This document shows positions 19,209-28,728 of a DNA stretch of 43,626 nt, in pieces (position 1 is the first letter of the stretch; each line of letters starts with the position of its first letter). This DNA is from a bacterium (GTDB lineage: Bacteria > Desulfobacterota > DSWW01), in NCBI GenBank assembly GCA_040756235.1, contig JBFLZG010000022.1, positions 1-43,626 of the forward strand. Reading direction: 5' to 3'. Made by a program: the position numbers and the translations under genes. Under the pieces are notes generated by a model that saw only the letters and a list, made by a program, of their open reading frames with translations, searched no databases and was not told the origin of the DNA.

Positions 19209-19478
19209 ATGGGGAAGCGCAAAAAAGCCGATATCCTTGTGAGGATGCGAGGAATTGTCACCCCTTCAGACTGGGACGAGCAGAACCAAGTGACCGCCAT
19301 CACCCTCGCCACCGTGGATGAGCAGGAATACCGCATTCACCAAGACAATAAGGGTAAACAATTGTTGCGGATGCTGCGGAGAGAAGTCGAAGTCTGTGGC
19401 GTCGTGGGCACGGACGGCGCGGGCAATCGGATGGTCCGAGTCATGACCTATGATGTTCGAGGGCTCGCTGGAGGCTGA
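19209..19478 (+). CDS. Small hypothetical protein (89 aa), first gene of sigma54 operon
   Basis: GGAG RBS, directly downstream of the -24/-12 promoter; beta-rich globular-looking sequence. Confidence 0.7.
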   Translation: MGKRKKADILVRMRGIVTPSDWDEQNQVTAITLATVDEQEYRIHQDNKGKQLLRMLRREVEVCGVVGTDGAGNRMVRVMTYDVRGLAGG

Positions 19479-19620
19479 AACCGTATCTCTCGGGCATGGG
19501 CTTTGACCCGTTTTGAACTTCTTACGCGCGCGGGTGTCCGTCCGGACGCCCACCCTGAGCCTCACGAGAAGCGCCGGCGATGAGACAGACGCGATCGAGG
19601 CTGCAGAGGGAGGAAAGGAA

Positions 19621-20961
19621 ATGCCAAGCGTATCCCGGCTGAGTGAAGACATCGAACCTCCGGGTAGTCAGACCGGCGCCGCCGGTCCAGAGGAATCCGC
19701 TGCCCGCCCGGGTACCACCCGGATCGGGAATGTTGCCCCGCTGCAAAAGCCCCCCCAGGATTCTCACACCATTCTTCACGCCGTTCCCAGGTTCAAGATC
19801 AGCGCCCGGCCGCGCGCCTTCCGGAGCCGCTGCTTCCCGGCGTCGACTCTGGCCGAGTGGAACGACTGGCGCTGGCAGCTTGCCCACCGCATCACCCGGC
19901 CGGAAGCGCTCGAGCGGTTGCTGCGTCTTTCCGACGGCGAGCGGTGCGCCCTCTATCACCAGGAGGGAGCGCTGCCGGTGGCCGTCACTCCGTACTACGC
20001 GAGCCTGCTGGATGCGGACGATCCGTTTCAACCCCTGCGGCGATCGGTCATTCCCGTGATGGACGAGTATTTCCGCTCCCCCGGGGAGGCGGAAGATCCG
20101 CTCGCTGAAGACCACGACAGCCCCGTGCCCGGGATCGTCCACCGCTACCCGGACCGGGTCCTTTTCATGGTCACCGGCTTCTGCTCCACCAACTGCCGCT
20201 ATTGCACCCGATCGCGCATCGTCGGCGGCCACGGCGAGTACGTCTTCAACCGCCAGCAGTGGGAGAAGGCGATCGCTTACGTGGAGCAGACCCCTCGAGT
20301 CCGCGACGTGCTCCTTTCCGGCGGCGACCCGTTGACTCTTCCGGATGAAGCCCTCGATTGGCTGCTCTCCAGGCTGTCCCGGATTCCTCACGTGGAGATC
20401 GTCAGGATCGGGACCAAGGCGCCGGTCGTGCTGCCGCAACGCATCACGCCCAACCTGACCCGGATGCTCAAACGGCATCATCCCCTGTGGATGAGCATTC
20501 ATTTCACCCACCCGGACGAGATCACCCCCGAGGTCGCGCAAGCGTGCGAAAGGCTGGCCGACGCGGGCATCCCCCTGGGCAGCCAGACCGTGCTGTTGGC
20601 CGGCATCAACGACACGGTCGAGACCATGACCCGTCTGGTGCACGGCCTGCTCAGAATACGCGTGAGGCCTTATTATCTTTATCAGTGCGATCCCATCATC
20701 GGCTCCGCTCATTTCCGCACGCCGGTGGAAAAGGGGCTCGAGATCATCCGCGGCCTGCGGGGACACACCTCGGGATACGCGGTGCCGTCCTACGTCATCG
20801 ATGCGCCTGCCGGAGGAGGAAAGATCCCTTTGCTTCCGGAGTACGTGGCAGGGAGGGATGGGGACTCTCTGGTGCTCAGGAACTACCAGGGCAAGCTCTA
20901 CAGCTATCCTGACCGCAGGAGGGCTTGCGACGAAACCGGGGAGGCGGATTGCGCGCCCTGA
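19621..20961 (+). CDS. kamA: KamA-family radical SAM/PLP enzyme, probable lysine 2,3-aminomutase
   Basis: HRYPDR, CSTNCRYC radical SAM motif, LLSGGDPL, PYYLYQCD, VIDAPAGGGK (PLP lysine). Confidence 0.92.
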   Translation: MPSVSRLSEDIEPPGSQTGAAGPEESAARPGTTRIGNVAPLQKPPQDSHTILHAVPRFKISARPRAFRSRCFPASTLAEWNDWRWQLAHRITRPEALERLLRLSDGERCALYHQEGALPVAVTPYYASLLDADDPFQPLRRSVIPVMDEYFRSPGEAEDPLAEDHDSPVPGIVHRYPDRVLFMVTGFCSTNCRYCTRSRIVGGHGEYVFNRQQWEKAIAYVEQTPRVRDVLLSGGDPLTLPDEALDWLLSRLSRIPHVEIVRIGTKAPVVLPQRITPNLTRMLKRHHPLWMSIHFTHPDEITPEVAQACERLADAGIPLGSQTVLLAGINDTVETMTRLVHGLLRIRVRPYYLYQCDPIIGSAHFRTPVEKGLEIIRGLRGHTSGYAVPSYVIDAPAGGGKIPLLPEYVAGRDGDSLVLRNYQGKLYSYPDRRRACDETGEADCAP

Positions 20962-20968
20962 GCATGCC

Positions 20969-21979
20969 ATGTTCATAGGCATCACCTACGATCTCCGCGA
21001 GGCATACCTGGCAGCCGGCTTGGACGAAGAGGAGACCGCCGAGTTCGATCGGCCCGACACGGTCCAGGCCATCGAGGACACGCTGCGCGACCTGGGACAT
21101 CAGACGGACCGGATCGGAACAGTCCATGCCCTGGCCGGCCGGCTGGCCCGGGGCAACCGGTGGGACTTGGTCTTCAACATCGCGGAGGGTCTCTACGGGT
21201 TCGGCCGCGAGGCGCAGGTCCCGGCCCTGCTGGACGCCTTCGGCATCCCCTACACATTCTCCGATCCTCTGGTCATGTCGCTGACGCTCCACAAAGGGAT
21301 GGCCAAGCGCGTGGTGCGCGATCTTGGTATCCCGACTCCGAGCTTCTGCATCGTATCGGACGAAGAGGACGTCGCGAGGATGGATCTTCCTTTCCCGCTG
21401 TTCGTCAAGCCCGTGGCCGAGGGAACGGGCAAAGGAATCACGGCCGCCTCCAAGATCCGCAATCGCGGCGAGCTGTCGGAAGCGTGTCGGGCTCTTCTGG
21501 GCCGTCTCAGGCAGCCGGTCCTGGTGGAGACGTTCCTGCCCGGTCGGGAGTTCACGGTGGGCATCACCGGGGAAGGGAAGAGCGCAGTCTGTCTGGGGAT
21601 CATGGAGATCATCCTCAAAGAGACGGCGGAGCAGGACGTCTACTCTTATGTGAACAAGGAGGACTGCGAAGCACGGGTGGAATACCGTCTGCCGGAAGAC
21701 GAGACCGCAAGCCGAGCGGTCCAGGTGGCTCTGGCTGCCTATCGGGGGCTCGGATGCCGGGACGCGGGGAGGGTCGACCTCAGGTCCGATGCGGCCGGTC
21801 GGCCGAACTTCATGGAGGTCAATCCTCTGCCCGGGATCCATCCCGAGCACTCGGACCTTCCGATCTTGTGTACGCTGAGCGGCATCCCATACAGGGAACT
21901 GATCCGGCGGATCCTGAAGAGCGCGGAGGCGCGAATAGGGCAGCAGAGAAGAATCCATCCCCCCTTCGGAACTTCCTGA
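20969..21979 (+). CDS. D-Ala-D-Ala ligase-like ATP-grasp enzyme 1
   Basis: VFNIAEG, IPYTFSD, FVKPVAEGTGKGI, ETFLPGREFTV, RVDLR, EVNPLPG. Confidence 0.9.
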   Translation: MFIGITYDLREAYLAAGLDEEETAEFDRPDTVQAIEDTLRDLGHQTDRIGTVHALAGRLARGNRWDLVFNIAEGLYGFGREAQVPALLDAFGIPYTFSDPLVMSLTLHKGMAKRVVRDLGIPTPSFCIVSDEEDVARMDLPFPLFVKPVAEGTGKGITAASKIRNRGELSEACRALLGRLRQPVLVETFLPGREFTVGITGEGKSAVCLGIMEIILKETAEQDVYSYVNKEDCEARVEYRLPEDETASRAVQVALAAYRGLGCRDAGRVDLRSDAAGRPNFMEVNPLPGIHPEHSDLPILCTLSGIPYRELIRRILKSAEARIGQQRRIHPPFGTS

Positions 21980-21997
21980 TTCACCACGGGTCGGAGC

Positions 21998-23128
21998 ATG
22001 AGAGTCGTAGTCCTGCACGGAAACGTAGCGCCCGATGCGCCGCCGGATGAGCAGGACTCCCTCCTGGAAGCCGCTCATGTAGCCGAGTCGCTCGGCCGTC
22101 TGGGGTACCGCCCGTCCACGCTGGCTTTTTCTCTTGATACCCGCGCGGTGATCGAGGCTCTCCACGACGTCAACCCGCACCTCGTCTTCAATCTGGTCGA
22201 GTCCCTGGACGGAGAGGGCTGCCTCATCCACCTGGCACCTGCGGTTCTGGACTATCTCGGGCTCCCCTACACCGGGGCCGGAACCGAAGCCCTCTTTCTT
22301 TCTTCGAACAAGCTGGTGGCCAAGAGCCTGCTCGCGAGGTCCGGCATCGCCACGCCTCCCTGGATGACCGAAGAGGCGATCCGGCTCCAGGCTCCCCCTT
22401 TCAGCGGACCTTACATCGTCAAGTCCGTCTGGGAGCATGCGTCCATCGGGCTGGACGAGGATTCGGTCGTATTCGAGGGATCCAAGCTGGCGCAGTCTTT
22501 CGAAAGTCGTAAGGCGGCGCGCGCAGGCCAGCTGTTTGCCGAGTCCTACATCAACGGCAGGGAGATCAACGTGGCGCTCCTGTCCGGCAGCAACGGACCC
22601 GAGGTGCTTCCGCCGGCCGAGATCCTGTTCGAAGATTACCCCAGTCACAAACTCAAGGTGGTCGGCTACCGCGCCAAGTGGGAGGAGGATTCCTTCGAGT
22701 ATCAGCACACGCCGCGGACCTTTGAGTTCTCCAGAGGTGACAGGAGTCTGCTGCGGCACTTGGTCGATATTTCCATAGAGTGCTGGAACGTCTTCGGACT
22801 GCGCGGGTATGGACGGGTCGATTTCAGAGTGGACCGCTCCGGAAAGCCCTGGGTCCTGGAGGTGAACGCCAATCCCTGTCTCTCGCCCGAAGGGGGGTTC
22901 GCCGCCGCCGCGGCGCACGCCGGCCTGGGCTTCGAGCGCGTGGTGCAGCGCATCGTCGAAGCCTCCTTTCCTCCGGCGTCGTTGTCGCTGTCCCCGGCCG
23001 TTCCGGGCCGGAAGCGCGCGGCCGCATCCAGGAGCCTGTCGTCGGCTGCGCAGAGAGGCAAGCGCATCGGGGGCTACCACGACGCGCCCCCGCCTTCTAG
23101 CCCGGACCTTGTCCTCGAGGAGCCGTGA
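21998..23128 (+). CDS. D-Ala-D-Ala ligase-like ATP-grasp enzyme 2
   Basis: VFNLVES, LPYTG, IVKSVWEHASIG, ESYINGREINV, GRVDFR, EVNANP. Confidence 0.9.
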   Translation: MRVVVLHGNVAPDAPPDEQDSLLEAAHVAESLGRLGYRPSTLAFSLDTRAVIEALHDVNPHLVFNLVESLDGEGCLIHLAPAVLDYLGLPYTGAGTEALFLSSNKLVAKSLLARSGIATPPWMTEEAIRLQAPPFSGPYIVKSVWEHASIGLDEDSVVFEGSKLAQSFESRKAARAGQLFAESYINGREINVALLSGSNGPEVLPPAEILFEDYPSHKLKVVGYRAKWEEDSFEYQHTPRTFEFSRGDRSLLRHLVDISIECWNVFGLRGYGRVDFRVDRSGKPWVLEVNANPCLSPEGGFAAAAAHAGLGFERVVQRIVEASFPPASLSLSPAVPGRKRAAASRSLSSAAQRGKRIGGYHDAPPPSSPDLVLEEP

Positions 23129-23679
23129 TGAACGATGCTGCCACGGCAAGGCAAAGGCAGAGGGATCCCCGAGGACCGTTGCCGGCCATCCGCTTCCGGG
23201 CTGAAGTGATTCCTTCCGACCCGGGGACCATCCGTCGTCTGGTCGCCTCAACGGGGTTCTTCTCCCGGCAGGAGATCGCGATCGCGGTCGAGCTGGCCGA
23301 AGAGCGCCTGGCCAAAGGGGCCCCGAGCGGATACGAGTTCCTGTTTGCCGAGCGAGACGGCGGGGAGGTGGCCGGTTATACCTGCTTCGGGGAGATCCCC
23401 TGCACCGTCGCCCGGTACGATCTCTACTGGATCGCGGTTCTCGACGACTTCCGCGGGCTTGGCATCGGCAAGAGCCTGATGAGAAGGACCGAAGAGCGGA
23501 TCGCGCAACTCGGAGGGCGAAGAATCTACATCGAGACCTCGGCGCGCGATCAATATCTCGGCACGCGCATCTTCTACGAACGTTGCGGGTTCCGGGAGGA
23601 AGCGATCCTCAAGGATTTTTACGCCCCGGGGGACCACAAGGCCATTTATCTCAAAGAGCTGTCGGCTGTCAGCCGTTAG
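23125..23679 (+). CDS. GNAT-family N-acetyltransferase
   Basis: DLYWIAV, motif A FRGLGIG, FYERCGF; GTGA overlap with previous gene. Confidence 0.9.
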   Translation: MMNDAATARQRQRDPRGPLPAIRFRAEVIPSDPGTIRRLVASTGFFSRQEIAIAVELAEERLAKGAPSGYEFLFAERDGGEVAGYTCFGEIPCTVARYDLYWIAVLDDFRGLGIGKSLMRRTEERIAQLGGRRIYIETSARDQYLGTRIFYERCGFREEAILKDFYAPGDHKAIYLKELSAVSR

Positions 23680-23682
23680 CCC

Positions 23683-23703
23683 CCAGCCGCTGCCCGCGGC
23701 TGG
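23683..23703 (+). terminator. GC hairpin directly after the GNAT stop, possible terminator or stabiliser
   Basis: ccagccgc-tgccc-gcggctgg; no clear U-tract. Confidence 0.35.
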
Positions 23704-23822
23704 CCGTTGGAACCGCAATCCTGCGGCGCCCCTGCCCGGAGCCCCCTCTCCCAGCGTATCCCTTGCTTCCCTGTTGCACCTGCTGTAAGGTGGCTCGAAC
23801 CCCCCTCGGAGACGAAGCCCCC

Positions 23823-24338
23823 ATGAAAGGATACGTGCAAGTTTACACCGGCAGGGGAAAGGGCAAGACCACGGCGGCGCTGGGGCTTGCCCTGCGGGCC
23901 GCGGGCGCCGGCCTCAAGGTCTACATTGCCCAGTTCGTCAAGGGAATGCCTTACAGCGAGCTCAAGGCTCTGGAGAGATACGCGGACCGGATCGTGATCC
24001 GGCAGTACGGGCGTGATTGCTTCATCAACAAGGATCCGGTTCCCGAGGACGTTCAGGCAGCCCGCCAGGGGCTGCGGGAAGTCCGGAGCGTGCTCGCCTC
24101 AGGAGAGTATGACCTGGTGATCCTGGACGAGGCGAACATCGCGACCTACTATCGCCTGTTTTCGGCTGAGGAGTTGCTCGAAGCGATCGAAGCGAGACCC
24201 GAGCACGTCGAGGTCGTGATCACAGGCCGCTGCGCCGATCCGAAGGTCCTCGAGCGGGCCGACCTCGTCACCGAGATGGTGGAGGTCCGGCACTACTACG
24301 CGCGCGGGATCGAGGCCAGACAGGGCATCGAGATCTAG
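23823..24338 (+). CDS. cobO: Cob(I)yrinic acid a,c-diamide adenosyltransferase (CobA/CobO/BtuR type)
   Basis: VYTGRGKGKTTAALG P-loop, QFVKG, ILDE, ITGR, ADLVTEM. Confidence 0.93.
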   Translation: MKGYVQVYTGRGKGKTTAALGLALRAAGAGLKVYIAQFVKGMPYSELKALERYADRIVIRQYGRDCFINKDPVPEDVQAARQGLREVRSVLASGEYDLVILDEANIATYYRLFSAEELLEAIEARPEHVEVVITGRCADPKVLERADLVTEMVEVRHYYARGIEARQGIEI

Positions 24339-24366
24339 GTAGGGGCGACCGGCCGGTCGCCCCTGC
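24339..24366. repeat. GTAG-type REP-like hairpin abutting the cobO stop
   Basis: gtaggggcgaccggccggtcgcccctgc. Confidence 0.7.
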
Positions 24367-24436
24367 CGCGCTTTACATCCGGGCATTTTTGAACAGCCTG
24401 CACATTCGTGCTGACCCTCTTTCATGCCTCTCCCTC

Positions 24437-26224
24437 TCAGTTGGGCTGCCCCGGCGTAACCGTGCCCCCGCTGTGGCGCAGCGCGAAGTCCAGAAGAGGC
24501 TCGAACACTTCGTTCTCGCGGTGTCCCGGCCTGTCGACCGCGGCCACGTTGATGTCGAGGTGATTGTAGCCGGGGCACATGATGGCGGTGAATTCATCGC
24601 TCGCGATGCTGTCCCGGTACGCGTCCCATCCTGAGATGTCCGGCACGTCCCCGTGGGGCGCGCCGAACGCGATCACCGGCACGTCGACGTCCGCATTGTG
24701 GAAGAAGGTGAGCCCCACTTCCGAGTTGAAGGGCGCTCCCGCAGCCCCCATGTCCAGACGGAGCCGCGAGGAGAAGTACCACTCCGTGAAATTGGACGGA
24801 CCGCGGTACAGGATCCTCGCAAAGTCCTGGATGTCGGTCACCTCTTCCAGCATGGTCGTGTACGTGTAGACGCCGTTGCTGTCCTTGTATTCCGGGCGCG
24901 CGGCATTGCCCACCTCGTCGAAGTTGACCCACCTGTAGAGCGGCCCGGTGCCCAGGGCCAGCGGATTCCCCGCGTCCCAGGGGATGAAAAGGTAATCTTG
25001 GTCGATGCCGCCCAGGCCGAGGGTGTCCGCCATCTTTCCGGGGAACTCCTTGGTCACGACGGCTCCGCCGCGGAGAAAGCCGAGGCTCGCCTGAAGCATC
25101 TTGACCGGCATGAAGTTGTCATCCATGAAGGCCCCCAGCAGCGCCTCGTTCGTGTACCGGAAGTCGGACACGGCCGGAATGCCGGAAGCGAAGTGGCCCA
25201 AGTCGCGCGAGTGGAGCATCTTGATCAGCAGCTCGAGGTCCTCGGTAAGGGGGACGTCGTCGAGCAGCGTGGATTCCTCGTCGGGCCGGGCCGCCGCGTA
25301 CATGCCGATGATCTCGAGCAGGGCCATGGCGTCCGGGGACACGCCCGTGAAGAAGTCGAACCGGGGCGCGGCGCCGCTGCGGATGTCGGCAAGCCGCTCG
25401 AGGTAGGTCGCCTCATCGATGTTGTTGAACCCGATCAGGTCGCCATAGAAGACCGGGCCGTCGAGCAGGACGAGCCCGGCGCAGTTCCGGTATCCGGCGT
25501 CGTCCAGGGTCTGCGGGTCTCCGTCGAAGTCCCACCCGGCAAACAGGCCGGTGAGGGGCGTGCCCAAGGAATGCCCCCCGACGAATACCGTGCTTCTCCG
25601 TTGCTCCGGGTCCGGGATCAGGGAGGTGATGACCGTGTAGACGTCTTCCATGATGAGACGCAGGCCGAACTCGGAGAGAAAGGGAACATCCTGCTCGGCG
25701 ACGAAGCCGTCGAAGGTGCGCCCGTTCACCTCGGAGCCGCGGAAGTAGTAATCGGCGGCAACCGCGGGGTCCGGCTCTCCCTCCGAGCCCTCGGCCGCGT
25801 TCATGCCGGTCAGATCCTCCAGGCAGTTGGGCCTGCGGTCGATCGCCCACACTTCCACGCTGCCCCGTCCCGAGGCCTCGGCCATGGAGACGAGCTGTCT
25901 GCCCATGTACTCGAACTCGTTGGCACCTCCCATGTAGCCCGGCATCAGCACGATCACCGCGTCGACCGGCTTGAGCTCCCCCCCTTCCGTTTCGGGCCGG
26001 TATCGGACGAAGCGGATGAAATCGCATTCCGCCGGCGGGCTGCCGTTGTCGGTCGGCGCCGGGGAGGGGATCGCCAGCTCTTCCACGATAACCTCCTGGG
26101 GCACGGGCACCCTTTCGGCCGGCGGCACCGGCTCCCCCGGCATCGGACCTCCGGGCTTGTAGCAGCCAGGCAGGGTAGACAACAGGAAGGACAACATCAG
26201 GACGGCCACGGTCGGTCTCTTCAT
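24437..26224 (-). CDS. Predicted lipoprotein with alpha/beta-hydrolase fold
   Basis: Lipobox LPGC, oxyanion-region MPGYMGG, nucleophile elbow GHSLG, C-terminal GYNHLD; ATG 26224 after GGAGGT. Confidence 0.8.
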   Translation of the reverse strand: MKRPTVAVLMLSFLLSTLPGCYKPGGPMPGEPVPPAERVPVPQEVIVEELAIPSPAPTDNGSPPAECDFIRFVRYRPETEGGELKPVDAVIVLMPGYMGGANEFEYMGRQLVSMAEASGRGSVEVWAIDRRPNCLEDLTGMNAAEGSEGEPDPAVAADYYFRGSEVNGRTFDGFVAEQDVPFLSEFGLRLIMEDVYTVITSLIPDPEQRRSTVFVGGHSLGTPLTGLFAGWDFDGDPQTLDDAGYRNCAGLVLLDGPVFYGDLIGFNNIDEATYLERLADIRSGAAPRFDFFTGVSPDAMALLEIIGMYAAARPDEESTLLDDVPLTEDLELLIKMLHSRDLGHFASGIPAVSDFRYTNEALLGAFMDDNFMPVKMLQASLGFLRGGAVVTKEFPGKMADTLGLGGIDQDYLFIPWDAGNPLALGTGPLYRWVNFDEVGNAARPEYKDSNGVYTYTTMLEEVTDIQDFARILYRGPSNFTEWYFSSRLRLDMGAAGAPFNSEVGLTFFHNADVDVPVIAFGAPHGDVPDISGWDAYRDSIASDEFTAIMCPGYNHLDINVAAVDRPGHRENEVFEPLLDFALRHSGGTVTPGQPN

Positions 26225-26451
26225 GACGCACCTCCCCAGACGGTGTTTCTTCAATATGGGAATTGTATTATTAATGAAATAAAAATGGAAAGGAAAAGCG
26301 ATGATGCGCCCGTGGCAACGGAGGCTCTAAGAGGGCCAAAAATCGAGAGCGCAAGCGTGCGGCGACCCGAAGTCCCGAGCGCAGCGAGGGATCTCCCTGC
26401 GCCGGACATCGCGAGCGAGCAGCGGAAACGCGCGTCAGCCGGACCACCTCT

Positions 26452-26512
26452 TGTAGCGGGCGACGCATGCGTCGGCCACGAGCGGGGCGACCCCCGGCGC
26501 AGTCACCGCAAC
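26452..26512. repeat. Degenerate GTAG-type REP doublet
   Basis: tgtagcgggcgacgcatgcgtcggcc followed by a second degenerate arm. Confidence 0.45.
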
Positions 26513-26515
26513 GTA

Positions 26516-28669
26516 CTACCCCCGAGCGTGCGCGTTCTCCACGAGGGCAAGGAGCTCCGGCTCCTCGAACCCCAAGTTGAGAAGCGTGCTCTTCAACGGG
26601 ACGCCTTCGCGGTCGTAACCCTTTTCCGCGTACACGGCGTCGCAGAGCTTTTCATACTGCGCCAGGCGATGCTCCTGGATCAGCCGGAGCTTCTCTTCGT
26701 CGGACTTGCCGTCGAGATCCTCGCCGGCGACCTCGCTCAGGATCTTCTCGTAGTGGCTCTTGCGGGAGAGGAACTCGTTCATGTAGACCGGCGCCATGGC
26801 GCGCAGGGGAATCCGGTCGTGCTCGCGCGTGCCGCAGCCCTGGCGCAGGTTGAAGAGCTTGTGGAGGGTGTAGACACGCTCGGATTCCAGAAGCAGCTCT
26901 TCGAGCTTCTTGGGCCTCCCCAGCGTCGAGCCGACGAGCTCGACGTAGTAGGCAACCGTGGGGAGATTCTTGGCCGGCTCCTCCGTGTTCTTCGCTTCCG
27001 GATGGCGCACGTCGATCCAGGGGAGCTTGCACAGGCCCGCCACGTTGAACCAGGTCCGGAAGAGAGGGAACCACTTCAAGGCCCTGGCCTTGAGCTCGAA
27101 GGTGGGCATCTCGTTGCGGATCTGATCCAGCGCGATCAGCCACGCCTCGTCGTGCTGGGCCCCTTTCAGGGCGAAGCCGTAGCCTCCCTGCTGGGCAAGG
27201 GATTCCTTGGTCACGTAGAGGGAGAATTCGAGGCCCTTGCATTCCATGGCGTATCGGGAAAGCTCTTCCCGTATCTCCGCAGCCGGCCGGCCGGTGCGGG
27301 CTGCGCACCGTTGCGCGATCCACCCCTTCAGATAGCGCACGCCCCGGCCGGCTTGGCCCCCGAACCCTGTGCCCTCGGCGATCCTATGGAGCAGATCCGA
27401 GATCGCCTGCACGTTCCCCCACCCGAGGGTGAGCCCTTCCGTGTCTTCGGCCGTCAGATGGCCCCGCTCGAAGGCTTCCAGCAGGAACGCGATCGTCACG
27501 CCGGCGCTGATCGTATCCAGCCCGTACTCGTCGCAGTACCAGGAATAGTCCAGCATGAACCTCGGATCGAAGATCCCGAGATTCGTCACGGCCGCAGCCG
27601 TCTCGTACTCGGGCCCGTCCACGCCAACGGTCTTGCCCTTGAGCGGCCCGGTGGTGAGCACGTGCCGGTCGCACCCTTTCGTGCAGGCCAGGGTGCACCC
27701 GGCGAAGCACCCGTCGGGCATCCCCTGTCGGAAGAAGTCCTTCTCGAAGACCTCTCCCGACACCTTTCCGGAGTGCTCGGAGCGGCCGAACTGGTAGTTG
27801 TTCACCGGCAGGATGTCCGAGGCGTTCATCATGTCGATGAGCGAGGTCGTTCCCTGGGCGTACATGCGCATCGCCTTGGGGTCCACGTCGCGGATCACGC
27901 TCCTCAGGCGGTTTCCTGTCTCCCGCAGCCGCCGGGCTTCCGCGGGGTCGTTGGCCAGGGCCTTGGAGGCGTTGTTGCGCACCACGATCCCCCAGAGCCC
28001 CTTGCCCCGCATGACCGTGCCCATGCCTCCCCTGCCGGCCTGCTTGGACCGGCACCTCTTCCGCTTCACGTCGTAGTAGACGCTGTTCAGGCAGCCGAAA
28101 TGGGTGGTGGCCGCGCCCTTTCCGGTCGTCAGCACCGCCACGTTCCGCACCTCGCCCCGGCCTTTCCACTGCTCGAAGAAATTCTCGGCTTCGAGGAACG
28201 AAAGATCTCCCCCGGGTGCCTTCAGGATGCGCACCTCGGAGCCGTCCCCGTCGATCAAAACCATCACGGGACCGGCGGACTTGCCGGTGATGGAGATCGC
28301 GTCGAAGCCGGAGAGCTTCACCAGCGGAAAGAAGTGGCCGCCCACGTTCGAATCGCAGAAGGTGCCCGTCAGAGGGGAGATGGCGCCGGCGATGAACTTG
28401 CCCGTGCCCGGCCACGCGGTCTCACCGCAGAAGGGCCCCCCCGCCAGGGCCAGGACGTTCTCCGGGCTGTCATGGCGCGTCCCGGCACGAGTGCCGTCGA
28501 AGACGAGCTTGAGGCAGTATCCGCGGCCGCCGATGAAGCGCTCCCGCATGTCGGAGCTCACCTCTTCGATATCCACGATGCGCTTGCTCAGATCGATCCG
28601 GAGGATGCGGTTCGTGTATCCTCGCTGGACGGGCGTGCGAACGTAAGACAAGGCCGTGTGCAGGCTCAT
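26516..28669 (-). CDS. Aldehyde:ferredoxin oxidoreductase family protein
   Basis: ISPLTG, AGRGGMGTVM, GCFAGCTLAC, GPEYET, CDEYGLDTIS, GLCKLPW. Confidence 0.93.
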   Translation of the reverse strand: MSLHTALSYVRTPVQRGYTNRILRIDLSKRIVDIEEVSSDMRERFIGGRGYCLKLVFDGTRAGTRHDSPENVLALAGGPFCGETAWPGTGKFIAGAISPLTGTFCDSNVGGHFFPLVKLSGFDAISITGKSAGPVMVLIDGDGSEVRILKAPGGDLSFLEAENFFEQWKGRGEVRNVAVLTTGKGAATTHFGCLNSVYYDVKRKRCRSKQAGRGGMGTVMRGKGLWGIVVRNNASKALANDPAEARRLRETGNRLRSVIRDVDPKAMRMYAQGTTSLIDMMNASDILPVNNYQFGRSEHSGKVSGEVFEKDFFRQGMPDGCFAGCTLACTKGCDRHVLTTGPLKGKTVGVDGPEYETAAAVTNLGIFDPRFMLDYSWYCDEYGLDTISAGVTIAFLLEAFERGHLTAEDTEGLTLGWGNVQAISDLLHRIAEGTGFGGQAGRGVRYLKGWIAQRCAARTGRPAAEIREELSRYAMECKGLEFSLYVTKESLAQQGGYGFALKGAQHDEAWLIALDQIRNEMPTFELKARALKWFPLFRTWFNVAGLCKLPWIDVRHPEAKNTEEPAKNLPTVAYYVELVGSTLGRPKKLEELLLESERVYTLHKLFNLRQGCGTREHDRIPLRAMAPVYMNEFLSRKSHYEKILSEVAGEDLDGKSDEEKLRLIQEHRLAQYEKLCDAVYAEKGYDREGVPLKSTLLNLGFEEPELLALVENAHARG

Positions 28670-28728
28670 GGAGTCTTTCCTCGGACAGGGTGTACGTCGG
28701 GTTTTCGTGGAAGGCCGGGGGGCAGAAG

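Noticed and set aside
19621..20961. kamA as EpmB (EF-P beta-lysylation) or as part of lysine fermentation
   Set aside because: No efp, epmA, kamD/kamE, kdd or kce in the window; context is ATP-grasp plus GNAT
20969..23128. Housekeeping ddl or vancomycin-resistance ligases
   Set aside because: Not in a dcw or van cluster and lacking the N-terminal GGxSxE motif of Ddl/Van ligases
23680..23822. Cobalamin riboswitch upstream of cobO (also looked upstream of pduO, 30566-30666)
   Set aside because: No B12-box or GGGAA/GCCACTG pattern seen in the right orientation
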